The notes under the pieces are model-generated. The model saw only the letters and a list, made by a program, of their open reading frames with translations, had not been told where the DNA came from and ran no database searches. 64,000 nt of DNA, taken from IMG/VR virus record IMGVR_UViG_3300021431_004083, positions 32,001 to 96,000 of that record. One strand, written 5' to 3'. Of the stretch, positions 39,642-49,156 are shown one piece after another; the stretch's first letter is position 1, and each line of letters begins with the position of its first letter. The position numbers were made by a program, and so were the translations under genes. The stretch is from a virus. Its lineage: Duplodnaviria > Caudoviricetes.

Positions 39642-40298
39642 TTACTCTACCGTCGGAACAGAAAGATATTCATTACCGACGGAGGTTACTTGCTTCTCAA
39701 AAGAAACAAACTTGTTTTTATTCGCGTCATACTTTGCTTTAACGCACATCAAAAGTGTTAACGGGTCGTCTGTTTTTGCATAGCATAAAAACAGACAATC
39801 GATATTTGAAGCCGCCACACTATAAGTCGTCTTGAACTGCCAAGTATACTCTTTATCTGTTGCGCACCAAATCGCCTGAGCGTCTAACCCTTCGGCGAAA
39901 CATTCACGCAAAGCGTCAGCTGTTTCCTTCAGACCTTTGTCCCTCTCCTCATCAGATGTATCCTTGATAAACTTACGATAATCATTCTGCAGCGAAGCGA
40001 CTTTCGTGCCGAGGCTCGAAGCTGAATTCAAACCGCTTTCCATCGTCTGCGAGATGACTTCGTCATTTGTCGCGACGTCTGACAAGTCTTCAAGCTGCTT
40101 TTCCAATTCGGCAATTTTTTGCTCATTATCATGATACGACGTATCGAAAGACGAAGAATTTGCGAAATAAACAATTATCGGAATAAGTCCCGCGATAACA
40201 ATAATAACGGGCAAAATGCGTGTAACAAAATTCTTACTGAAAAAATCACGCAAAAAGAACAACGCTCCCTTCTTTTCTTTAGTCAAAACTTTAAGCAC
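39642..40298 (-). CDS. Bitopic tra protein
   Basis: N-terminal TM plus coiled coil. Confidence 0.6.
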   Translation of the reverse strand: MLKVLTKEKKGALFFLRDFFSKNFVTRILPVIIVIAGLIPIIVYFANSSSFDTSYHDNEQKIAELEKQLEDLSDVATNDEVISQTMESGLNSASSLGTKVASLQNDYRKFIKDTSDEERDKGLKETADALRECFAEGLDAQAIWCATDKEYTWQFKTTYSVAASNIDCLFLCYAKTDDPLTLLMCVKAKYDANKNKFVSFEKQVTSVGNEYLSVPTVE

Positions 40299-40373
40299 AC
40301 AGATAGTATAACACAGACGCCTGCAAAATGCAAGCGTCTGTGCAATATTTTTATTACATTTTTTGATACAGTG

Positions 40374-43181
40374 CTAATCAGCGAAAGTAAATGTTATACT
40401 CGGATAAAATTGTAACGGGTCTATCGATTCACCATTCTGTATCCATTTGAAATCCAAATGCGCGCCAAACGAATATCCCGTACTGCCGGACAAACCTATC
40501 AACTGATTACCGCTAACGGTAGCGCCCTCACTCACTTCTATGAAACTCAAATGAGAATAACGTGTCACATTACCGTCACCGTGGTCAATCACAACAGAAT
40601 TTCCCCATCCATTATTATAACCGTGATTCGCCTCAATTACCGTACCGGAATGGGCCGCATGGACTTCGGCACCGTAACCGCAACCGATATCAACAGCATT
40701 ATGCGTACTACTATAAGAATCCCAATCACGATGAGCGCCGAAACGTTCCGTAATCACATTACAACCAGGTGTCGGCCAAAAAACACCTGTCATGCTCACA
40801 TTACTGAAAGAATAACCCGCAACAGCATTCACATACTTAGAATCTGTTTCTCTCTTAACGTTACGGTAAGCCGTATAACCACCGCCGTGATATCCCGGTG
40901 AAGACGGCGTCAGGTCTTCGGGAAGCTTATCACAATGCGCCGATTGTGTATCATAAGAACCCTCTACCAAATTACCGTCTACCGACGGATGTTTTGCAAG
41001 TATCTCGTCTTTACCCACATAAACCATGATATGACCGGCTGATGATTTATCCGCCGCCTTGTTATTAAACAATATATCACCCGGCTGCAAATCCGATAAC
41101 TTAGACCACGTCACCTTTTTCCATTTATCAGACGTCGAACAATACGAAATCTGATTAGGAACAGCGCCCGGAGGGAAATTATCATCAGAACCCGACCACC
41201 GAACAGCCGAACACGCGACACGGTCACATGACCTGTACAGACCGTCACCGATAACCGCTTTATTGACTTTCTGATATAACGGTGTACCATTATTATAAGA
41301 CTGACTCTCACTGTCCCACGCAAAAGAAGCAGCTGCGGCAGCAATGGAACTGTTATCAAACGACAACTTATCGGTACAATCCTTCTTTGCGTTAGCAGCA
41401 CCGGCGCCTGTCGACGCATCGGACAATGTCACTTGTGCCTTATCAATAATACTTTTGCCATAAGCCTCGTCATAATCCTGACCGGCTTTCCAATTAACGA
41501 TTTTTGTTCGCCATGATGTCGCATTATCGGCTCTGCCGCTTATCGCGTAATTAGAATACAATGTACCCCAACTATAACCGTATTCCCAAGAAGAAAATAC
41601 ATAAGAAGAAGCCGTCGCCGCATCGGGAACAGACATCTCTTTATACGGCTTTAAGCTACGCGCATAACCGCCATTATCAGGTTCTCTCAACAAATGCTCC
41701 AACTGAAGGTCTAAATCCCACCAATTGCGACCGTTATTCTCAGGTCTGTCGGCAAATTCCATCAGTTCCTGAAAAGCGCCGCCTGTAAAACCATGCAAAC
41801 CAACACCCGGCGCATGTACACGGCGGCCGCTGGGAGACTCTATATAATAAGCGTCAGTATAAATATTCGAATAGCCGTATGACGCATACATCTTCTGCCA
41901 ATATGACTCAACACCGTCATAATCCATCGTATCACGAGTGAACGTAGTTGCGTTTCCATACAATGCTTTTTTCTTTTTCGGACCAAGGTCATTCATATTC
42001 ACCTCATCCGAAACACCACATGAAGACGTCCAATCAGATTCAAGACGCGACGGAATAAAAGAACTTTCAGATTGTATATTACCAAACAGTCCGGCAATAT
42101 GGTCATCGTCCATACCATATGCTTTAAATGCTGAATAGCATAATTTAGCGTTAGCTTCCATCAACTCACTCAAATCAAGGGCAGAACCATCCCCCGCGTC
42201 CGTTGTGTTGTCTTTGATAATCTCATCGCAATTATCATCCTCAGAATCCACCTGACGATATTGATTATCCTGAACAGATTTCACAATAGCATATGTACCG
42301 CCGCCGACAACAAGAATAGGAGAAGCTGCAATCGCGATTGCTAAAACCGCTGATGTTGCCCACAAACTAACGAAAACATTGGCAATAAAAGTCGCGGCAT
42401 GAACGATACCGCTCCAAACCGCAGAAAAAAACGCGGCAACAGCAGATGTAACAGCCTGTACGGCGGCAGACAAAAAAGCAAGCAACTTTGCCATTGCCAT
42501 CTTAAGAGCAGCCGCCATCGCAACATGTTTAGCGGCAGCCACACCTGCGTTTACAGCAGCGCCCTTCACCATCTTCTGACCGAGACTTTCGTCTTTCTTA
42601 TTGCCGACAGGCTTTGTCCCGTCATCTTCCGGCTCGATAAGATTATTATTATTCTTATTATCGTTCTTCAGCGGGTCGGGGTCCTTGGCGTCATTTGCTT
42701 TCTTGTCATCTTTGTCTTTATCCTTATCGTCATCCTTATCCTTCTTATCATCCGTCTTGTCTTTATCTTCGATAAGGTCCTTCGACGCATTCTTTGCTTC
42801 CTTTGCTTCCTTTACGTCACCCGCGCTTTCAGCAACATCCTTTGCGTCAGAAGCAGCATCCTTTGCGTCTTTCACATCAGCGGCAGCTTCTTTTGCCTCA
42901 GAGGCGGCGTCAGCCGCTTCCTTCATATCGGAAGCGGTATCAGCTATCTCCTTTGCGTCCTGCGCGTCATCCTTACCTGTACCTGCGACACTACGTCGCA
43001 ACGACTTAACTGCGGCGCCCGCTTTCTTACCGAGACCGCCTTTGGTGGTCATCGCCTTAGCGGCAGCCGCGCCGCCGATAACATAAGGATTCTTTGTCTT
43101 TCGGGCAGCGATTTGGAGGGCTGCAGAGCCCGCCTTCATCGCCGCCTCTTTATTATTTTTATTTAGTTGTTTCTTCGCCAT
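40374..43181 (-). CDS. VirB1-like multidomain peptidoglycan hydrolase (phage-tail-lysozyme-like, Cys/His amidase, M23 peptidase)
   Basis: IAGLFGNIQSES; SCD..LQPGDIL..GHIMVY; HNAVDIG..YSHL..GSTGYS.GAHLDF; low-complexity N-terminus and TM region. Confidence 0.8.
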   Translation of the reverse strand: MAKKQLNKNNKEAAMKAGSAALQIAARKTKNPYVIGGAAAAKAMTTKGGLGKKAGAAVKSLRRSVAGTGKDDAQDAKEIADTASDMKEAADAASEAKEAAADVKDAKDAASDAKDVAESAGDVKEAKEAKNASKDLIEDKDKTDDKKDKDDDKDKDKDDKKANDAKDPDPLKNDNKNNNNLIEPEDDGTKPVGNKKDESLGQKMVKGAAVNAGVAAAKHVAMAAALKMAMAKLLAFLSAAVQAVTSAVAAFFSAVWSGIVHAATFIANVFVSLWATSAVLAIAIAASPILVVGGGTYAIVKSVQDNQYRQVDSEDDNCDEIIKDNTTDAGDGSALDLSELMEANAKLCYSAFKAYGMDDDHIAGLFGNIQSESSFIPSRLESDWTSSCGVSDEVNMNDLGPKKKKALYGNATTFTRDTMDYDGVESYWQKMYASYGYSNIYTDAYYIESPSGRRVHAPGVGLHGFTGGAFQELMEFADRPENNGRNWWDLDLQLEHLLREPDNGGYARSLKPYKEMSVPDAATASSYVFSSWEYGYSWGTLYSNYAISGRADNATSWRTKIVNWKAGQDYDEAYGKSIIDKAQVTLSDASTGAGAANAKKDCTDKLSFDNSSIAAAAASFAWDSESQSYNNGTPLYQKVNKAVIGDGLYRSCDRVACSAVRWSGSDDNFPPGAVPNQISYCSTSDKWKKVTWSKLSDLQPGDILFNNKAADKSSAGHIMVYVGKDEILAKHPSVDGNLVEGSYDTQSAHCDKLPEDLTPSSPGYHGGGYTAYRNVKRETDSKYVNAVAGYSFSNVSMTGVFWPTPGCNVITERFGAHRDWDSYSSTHNAVDIGCGYGAEVHAAHSGTVIEANHGYNNGWGNSVVIDHGDGNVTRYSHLSFIEVSEGATVSGNQLIGLSGSTGYSFGAHLDFKWIQNGESIDPLQFYPSITFTFAD

Positions 43182-43218
43182 CTATCACCAACCCCTCTCG
43201 ATTAAACGAGATGTGCGA

Positions 43219-44574
43219 TTAATATAACGTAATGACATCAAGCGCATCATTCGACGTACGACGTTCATAAGCGTTATGACATTCAAGCTCCAAATCGAGA
43301 AGGTCAATCAGCAACTCCGATTCATATGTTTGTTTCAAACCGAAATAGTCTTCGAGAGCCTTCACGTACTTTGAGATATCATTTTGGACGTCTTTCACAT
43401 TACCGTCACGAGACGTACCGCCCGAAGCGGAATATTTAAACTCCGAGCCATCCTTCTTAAACCAACGAAACTCTTTCGTCGATAACGTCGACTTCGTTGC
43501 CGCCGTAATAGAATCCAGATACGCGGCATAATTCTCACCTTTGTATATCTGTTTAAAATAGCCGTCAAAAACATTATTATCCTGCCACGTAAAATCAACA
43601 CCGCCGTCCAATACCTTACCGGGCTTAAAGTAATACAGAACCTCATCATTCGGAACCGTATTACCCTCGTCGTCCTTCCATACATCCGACTTCTTTGTCA
43701 AAATCTTACCCTGAACGTTCTTGACAACAAAGCTATCGCCTTTGATTTCAGGAGGCAACTCGGGAATCTGCATATTATCATCGATATCCAAACGACGAGC
43801 ATACTCATCGATCAAATTCAACTGCGTCACCATTTGAGCCAACTGCTCGTCGAGCTTAGTGTCAATCTCATACTCACGGTCTGTGACAGCAATATTATAA
43901 TAAATACGCTTCACGTCCATTTTAGGAGCGTCAAGGAAGTCCGTTAACTCAGCCTCTGTCGCGGCAGGATTGAAATAAATACGGAACTGGTCATGCTTCG
44001 CGAAAGACGCATCCGCGTACTCAGATGTATTCGAGTCAGATGAATTATTTTTATTATCTTTATCGTCATCCTTGACATGATTGCCGGATTCAACTGTCAA
44101 CTGATTCGTACAGCGAACCGTCAACGACAACACCTGCTGCGGAAAACCACTCTCAGAGAACAAATGGATACCCATAAAACCGGTCGTACCGAACATATAA
44201 ATCGTCGCGCCGGGATGAGATTTCAGTTCTTCCTTCTTCGCCTTTGTATTCGAACCTGTCAAAAACAACTTATAATCCTTTGCGTCGGTACTGATATTAT
44301 CAGTACTCTCGAACTTCAGCAATACAAAACAGTCTGTTTTGTTCTTATTGGAATATATCTTTCGAACTTCACCTTTTGTACTCGACAACGACGATGTGAA
44401 CTTTTCCGTATAAATTGCCTTATTATTCAACGTATCCGCTTTTGTTTTGACAACATGCGCAATCGTCGTAACGCTCAAAATAATCGATAGAATCAATAAA
44501 ACCGATACGAGCATACCGAAACGTTCAATCGCATGATGTGAATCAAAATGCAATACTGACAGTTTCTTTTTCAA
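43219..44574 (-). CDS. Membrane-anchored tra protein
   Basis: N-terminal TM; long ORF in operon; start approximate. Confidence 0.65.
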   Translation of the reverse strand: MKKKLSVLHFDSHHAIERFGMLVSVLLILSIILSVTTIAHVVKTKADTLNNKAIYTEKFTSSLSSTKGEVRKIYSNKNKTDCFVLLKFESTDNISTDAKDYKLFLTGSNTKAKKEELKSHPGATIYMFGTTGFMGIHLFSESGFPQQVLSLTVRCTNQLTVESGNHVKDDDKDNKNNSSDSNTSEYADASFAKHDQFRIYFNPAATEAELTDFLDAPKMDVKRIYYNIAVTDREYEIDTKLDEQLAQMVTQLNLIDEYARRLDIDDNMQIPELPPEIKGDSFVVKNVQGKILTKKSDVWKDDEGNTVPNDEVLYYFKPGKVLDGGVDFTWQDNNVFDGYFKQIYKGENYAAYLDSITAATKSTLSTKEFRWFKKDGSEFKYSASGGTSRDGNVKDVQNDISKYVKALEDYFGLKQTYESELLIDLLDLELECHNAYERRTSNDALDVITLY

Positions 44575-44695
44575 AAATAAACGCCCTCTTTCTTTTTTTT
44601 TTTCATAAATAGCAAGGGGTGCGATAGGGGAAAACCCCTGTCGTACCCCCAACGAAATCAACGTTCGGCTTTAACCAAACACATCGGTACGAAGA

Positions 44696-45013
44696 TTAGC
44701 CTTCGCCGAGCGCTTCGATTGTACCCTTTGTACCTGTACCGACAGCTTCGAAAATACCCCATACACCTGCAAAAGCAAGGGCAGCGCCGAGCAAAATCAG
44801 AAGAATGGCGATAGGCCAGCTGACCTGTGTTTTACCGTGGGAAATCAAACCCTTCGCAACCTGATAAATACCGGCGACGAGCATAACGATACCGATGATA
44901 GTAATGAGAATACTACCCCAGTTACCAAGCTTTTGGAAAGCGTTTTTGAGAAAGTTCTCAAGCGTCCAACCGTTTGCCGCAAAAACAGGTACATTTAAAA
45001 CTGCACTCATCAT
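44696..45013 (-). CDS. VirB2-like pilin
   Basis: About 105 aa, leader plus two hydrophobic helices; own promoter at 45097-45124; large downstream hairpin near 44614-44650. Confidence 0.6.
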   Translation of the reverse strand: MMSAVLNVPVFAANGWTLENFLKNAFQKLGNWGSILITIIGIVMLVAGIYQVAKGLISHGKTQVSWPIAILLILLGAALAFAGVWGIFEAVGTGTKGTIEALGEG

Positions 45014-45181
45014 AATAAATACACTCCTTCTCTTCCATTTACGGAAATAACAGCAATAAAATATATGTACGAACAACACACGTTCTTACAAACTCAATTA
45101 TAACACAAATCTTTTGATTGTCAACCCTTTTCGATATTCAATAAACAAACACCGAAAAGGGCTTTTCATCAATCAAAACAA

Positions 45182-48100
45182 TCAATCATCGAAGCCGGAC
45201 TCCGACCAACCGGGACCTTCTGTTCTCACATCACGTCCCGCGCCGCCGGACAACGAATTCAAATTACGCACACTTCTCTGCGGAGGTGCCGAATGCGCCG
45301 CCGACGGTGCCGCTGAAGGCGCTGAAGGCATCGACTGTAAGGGCTGTGAGAAGCCGCTGCCCGAACCGGAAACGATATGTCCTACATTACCTGAACCGCC
45401 GCTTACTTGTCCGCCGCCTACTTGTCTCACGTTCGTATTTGTGCGAATCTCAACGTCACGATTGACATTCACAACCTCACGCTGTGTCACAACAGCGTTG
45501 CTGACAGAATTTCTCGCATCATTATACTGCTTGACCTGCTGCGGTGTCACACCGCCGCTGCGCATTTGCTGCGCATATACGGTCTTAGCAGCCGCGCGAG
45601 CTTGTTGCTGCGATTGTCCCTGTCCGACAGCTTGATAATAAACAGTATCGGCAGCCGCTTTCGCGTTCGTTTGAACCTTAACGACTCTCTGCTGATTACT
45701 ACTGTACTCATTCACAGCCTTCGTGGTTACGCCATATGCCGATGCGGCGTCTTTCATAGCGGATGCGCGCGCCCTTTCAGCGGCTTTCACAGTACCACCG
45801 GACTTAAGCTTACGCTGATAAGCAATATCGCCGGACGCGTTAACGCCACGAACAGCATTCTCCATACGAGCATCACCTGTCAAACCTGCCGTTCTCGCCT
45901 GAGCGGGCGTCATATAAGCGCCTGTCGCGTTAGCATATGACGCATCGGCAGCACGCTGTGCCTGCTCATGAGTACCACCATTCGCACGTACACGGTCATA
46001 TACGGAACGAGACGAATCAACAGCTTTCGCCTGACGTAAACCGTTACTGCGAACGGAATCAGCCATCGCCTGAGCAGATTCTGCCGAACCACCATGAGCA
46101 ATAACATCGTTATAAGCAGTCGCGGCTTCTTTATCAACCTGAGCAACAGCGTTATTGTAAGCAGAAACACGAGAACCATGAGACGCTTCAGCGGAACGTG
46201 CTGCGCGAATAGCAGCCTCTCCGCCCCTACTACCACCTGCGGCGGTATACGCGGCGTTCAACGCTTCCTTAGGCGAAGCGCCATTATTGATAGCATTATC
46301 ATAAGCCGCACGAGCACGAGCACCCGCTGTAGAATTGTCATAACCAGCTGTAGAACTATGACCCGCTGTAGAACTATGACCCGCTGTAGAACTATCATGA
46401 CCCACTATGGAATTATCATAACCCGCTGTAGAATTATCATGATTGGTGCCTGAATCCGTACTATCCGAATCAGCCGCACCTCTCGCGTCAATATTATTTG
46501 TACTGTTCACATTGTCATGTGAATCTGAATCGGAAGAGTGAGAACCACCGGGCAATGCCGCACGAGCGCCATCCGCAAGACTTGCGTTCTCAGCGATATC
46601 ACGACCTTCAGCATCCTCAGATACAGCATCAGAATCATCGTCAGGCAACGCTTCCATGTTACCGCCATTATCAGGTGTATCATAACCACCATCATCACGT
46701 TCACTACCGTCGGCACTATCACCGCCTCCCGCAGTATCCGTGAAGCCTGCGCCGCCGCCAAGACCGCCCATCAGACGATTACCCGCAGCCATAGCAGCGC
46801 CTGTCATAAGACCGTTCGCTATCGGATGATTCTTAGGCTCAGGTGTAGGCATCAAATTATCGGTACCAAATACACGACCGATAAGACCGTTCAGACCTTC
46901 ATCGATTGCTTTGATGATTGTCTTGCGCGCCTTGATTGCCGCAACACCGAAAACAATAAGCGCAATAGACACGACAACCAACATCAACATCAACGTTGCG
47001 GGTGAAGTGCTGTTATCAGACGCAAACAGCGAGCTCGCGCCTTGCATAATAACGGACGTAATAGCGTCCATCATTCGCATGACAATAGAATAAAGAAGAA
47101 TCGTCGCTATAACCTCGACAATCATAGCTACGATATATGCGACAACCTGTGCCATTGAACGCATAACGCCGAGAGCGGCAGCCGGTATCTTAATCAAAAG
47201 TGTAACCATACGCTTAAGATTTTGGAACAGCAGACCTATCGCGTAACACCAACCGATGATAGCGTAAACAGCCAATGTAACCAACGTATGGAACACGAAA
47301 AGGAAACCAAGGAAACCCGTACCAATACTGTTAACGGATTTATGATAAATTTGAGAAAGAACACTGACGGTATCAAGCGGAGAATAAACAACTGCCTCAG
47401 TCGATTTGAATTGCGTGTTCAAATAGTTATACATCGCCATATCAGACAAACCAAGCGTTACATTGCCGCGTCCTTTGATATATCGCTCAGCACCCCATCC
47501 CTGTTGTCCATTCGTAAAGCTCCATGTTTCATCATACCATTTGATACCGGCTTGATGCGAACCCGAAGCGCTGACTGAAAGAGCACCGTTTGTCATAAAG
47601 GAACCCCATTGCGAATCAGTACAGAGCTGATTGATTTGCTGTTCATTCGGATTACCGTCGTCTTTCCAATTATCCTTCCACTTTGTAAACGTATTCATGT
47701 TACGAAACATGATGACGATTGCTTTATCTGACGAGGAAGAATGTGAAGCCGCAATCGTAGACGCGTATGAACCGGACGTTACAACATCGCCCGTAAGATA
47801 GTTGGCAAGCATCTTCATAATACCCGTATTAACGATAGATGACGAATCGGAACCTCGCTCAAGAACCGCCGTCGACCACTCTGTCATCGAACTTTCGATA
47901 TCATTTGAATCATCTGCCAAGAGCGTAATATTACCGATATAATCGGCATACTCCCTATTAAGACTGAGGCAATGATTCTTCAAAGCCCAATAAGACTCTG
48001 TTGTCGGCTCAATTTTATGCGTATCTCTATCAACGATTTGACCGGCGAGAACATTTCCAGTACCACTATATGGCGGTAATAGATTAGAAGAAGAAACCCA

Positions 48101-49150
48101 CGCGCCGAAATCAACGACCGTTGAGGCAACGGCCACATCAGGCGCTGTAGCAGGAGCTTCAACAACTGTTTTCATATCAGTCAAAACAGTTGTATACATC
48201 GTTCCCAATAAAGGAATACCGATTGCCAAAAAGACAATACGTATCAACAGTTTCTTTGCGCGGTTTTTTGTCGAGCCCATGTTCTTAAAAAGAAGAAAGC
48301 CCGCAATCAAAAGAGCGATACAAAGCGGTATCATGATTTGCCATGAGAACTTCGTCATCCAGTTAATCAACCTTGTATACCAATCACGAAGCGCGGCAAA
48401 TGTTCCGCTCGACGCTGTGGCGCTGCTCGACACAGCGCTATTGGTCAACGAAACCGTACCTGTTCCTTTCATGTCCGTATTAATCAACAGACCAAACGGA
48501 TTCAATGTGTTCAAAACATCGATTATCCATGCAAACACACGCGGGACAGATGACGCTGCCATATACCACAGCACCAACATGGAACCGCCGATAATACGAC
48601 CGAATTCAGTTGAACCCTCTTTGCCATATTTATCCAAGCCGAGAGAAGAAAGCAAACTGCCATAAGCAGTATAGCCATAAAAATCAGACTGCGTCTCTCC
48701 GAAACTATACGTCATATTATAAGAATAAGACGCAGACGCCTTCGTAAATGCCGAAATCAGGAAGTTATACTTATTTTCGTCATTCTCAGGACTGTATGCC
48801 AGATAAGAACCCGCGTCTCCGGGAGAACCAATATAGGTATTGTTGGTTCCCTGAAACATTTCAGAATACGAGCTCTTATTTTCATCCATCGATTTTACAA
48901 CACGATAGTTAAAAAACTGAGCGGCGGCGACAGCTACGTGCGCGAAATCCAGAGAACCGGAATCATCATCATCCTTATGACTTTCGGAATAGTCCTTAGC
49001 GGCATCATTGATTTCATCACCCTCTAAGTAACCGTCGACACGAGCATGCGTTTTCACAAGACTGACAGTAAAAACGGAGCCTGCCGCAATCATCAAAATG
49101 AAAAACAGACATAACAGCTTGAACGAATGCCGTTTTATTGTATTAAGCAT
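45182..49150 (-). CDS. VirB6-like polytopic channel protein with long low-complexity C-terminal tail
   Basis: Multiple TM clusters followed by about 550 aa Ala/Gly/Ser-rich tail; downstream of the VirB4-like gene. Confidence 0.7.
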   Translation of the reverse strand: MLNTIKRHSFKLLCLFFILMIAAGSVFTVSLVKTHARVDGYLEGDEINDAAKDYSESHKDDDDSGSLDFAHVAVAAAQFFNYRVVKSMDENKSSYSEMFQGTNNTYIGSPGDAGSYLAYSPENDENKYNFLISAFTKASASYSYNMTYSFGETQSDFYGYTAYGSLLSSLGLDKYGKEGSTEFGRIIGGSMLVLWYMAASSVPRVFAWIIDVLNTLNPFGLLINTDMKGTGTVSLTNSAVSSSATASSGTFAALRDWYTRLINWMTKFSWQIMIPLCIALLIAGFLLFKNMGSTKNRAKKLLIRIVFLAIGIPLLGTMYTTVLTDMKTVVEAPATAPDVAVASTVVDFGAWVSSSNLLPPYSGTGNVLAGQIVDRDTHKIEPTTESYWALKNHCLSLNREYADYIGNITLLADDSNDIESSMTEWSTAVLERGSDSSSIVNTGIMKMLANYLTGDVVTSGSYASTIAASHSSSSDKAIVIMFRNMNTFTKWKDNWKDDGNPNEQQINQLCTDSQWGSFMTNGALSVSASGSHQAGIKWYDETWSFTNGQQGWGAERYIKGRGNVTLGLSDMAMYNYLNTQFKSTEAVVYSPLDTVSVLSQIYHKSVNSIGTGFLGFLFVFHTLVTLAVYAIIGWCYAIGLLFQNLKRMVTLLIKIPAAALGVMRSMAQVVAYIVAMIVEVIATILLYSIVMRMMDAITSVIMQGASSLFASDNSTSPATLMLMLVVVSIALIVFGVAAIKARKTIIKAIDEGLNGLIGRVFGTDNLMPTPEPKNHPIANGLMTGAAMAAGNRLMGGLGGGAGFTDTAGGGDSADGSERDDGGYDTPDNGGNMEALPDDDSDAVSEDAEGRDIAENASLADGARAALPGGSHSSDSDSHDNVNSTNNIDARGAADSDSTDSGTNHDNSTAGYDNSIVGHDSSTAGHSSTAGHSSTAGYDNSTAGARARAAYDNAINNGASPKEALNAAYTAAGGSRGGEAAIRAARSAEASHGSRVSAYNNAVAQVDKEAATAYNDVIAHGGSAESAQAMADSVRSNGLRQAKAVDSSRSVYDRVRANGGTHEQAQRAADASYANATGAYMTPAQARTAGLTGDARMENAVRGVNASGDIAYQRKLKSGGTVKAAERARASAMKDAASAYGVTTKAVNEYSSNQQRVVKVQTNAKAAADTVYYQAVGQGQSQQQARAAAKTVYAQQMRSGGVTPQQVKQYNDARNSVSNAVVTQREVVNVNRDVEIRTNTNVRQVGGGQVSGGSGNVGHIVSGSGSGFSQPLQSMPSAPSAAPSAAHSAPPQRSVRNLNSLSGGAGRDVRTEGPGWSESGFDD
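46321..46441 (-). repeat. In-frame 18/21-nt tandem repeat (STAGHS / STAGYDN units)
   Basis: Repeated acccgctgtagaactatg and variants, about 6 units. Confidence 0.85.
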
Positions 49151-49156
49151 AAAACA

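Noticed and set aside
46321-46441. Possible CRISPR array
   Set aside because: Contiguous in-frame coding repeats with no spacers and no cas genes.
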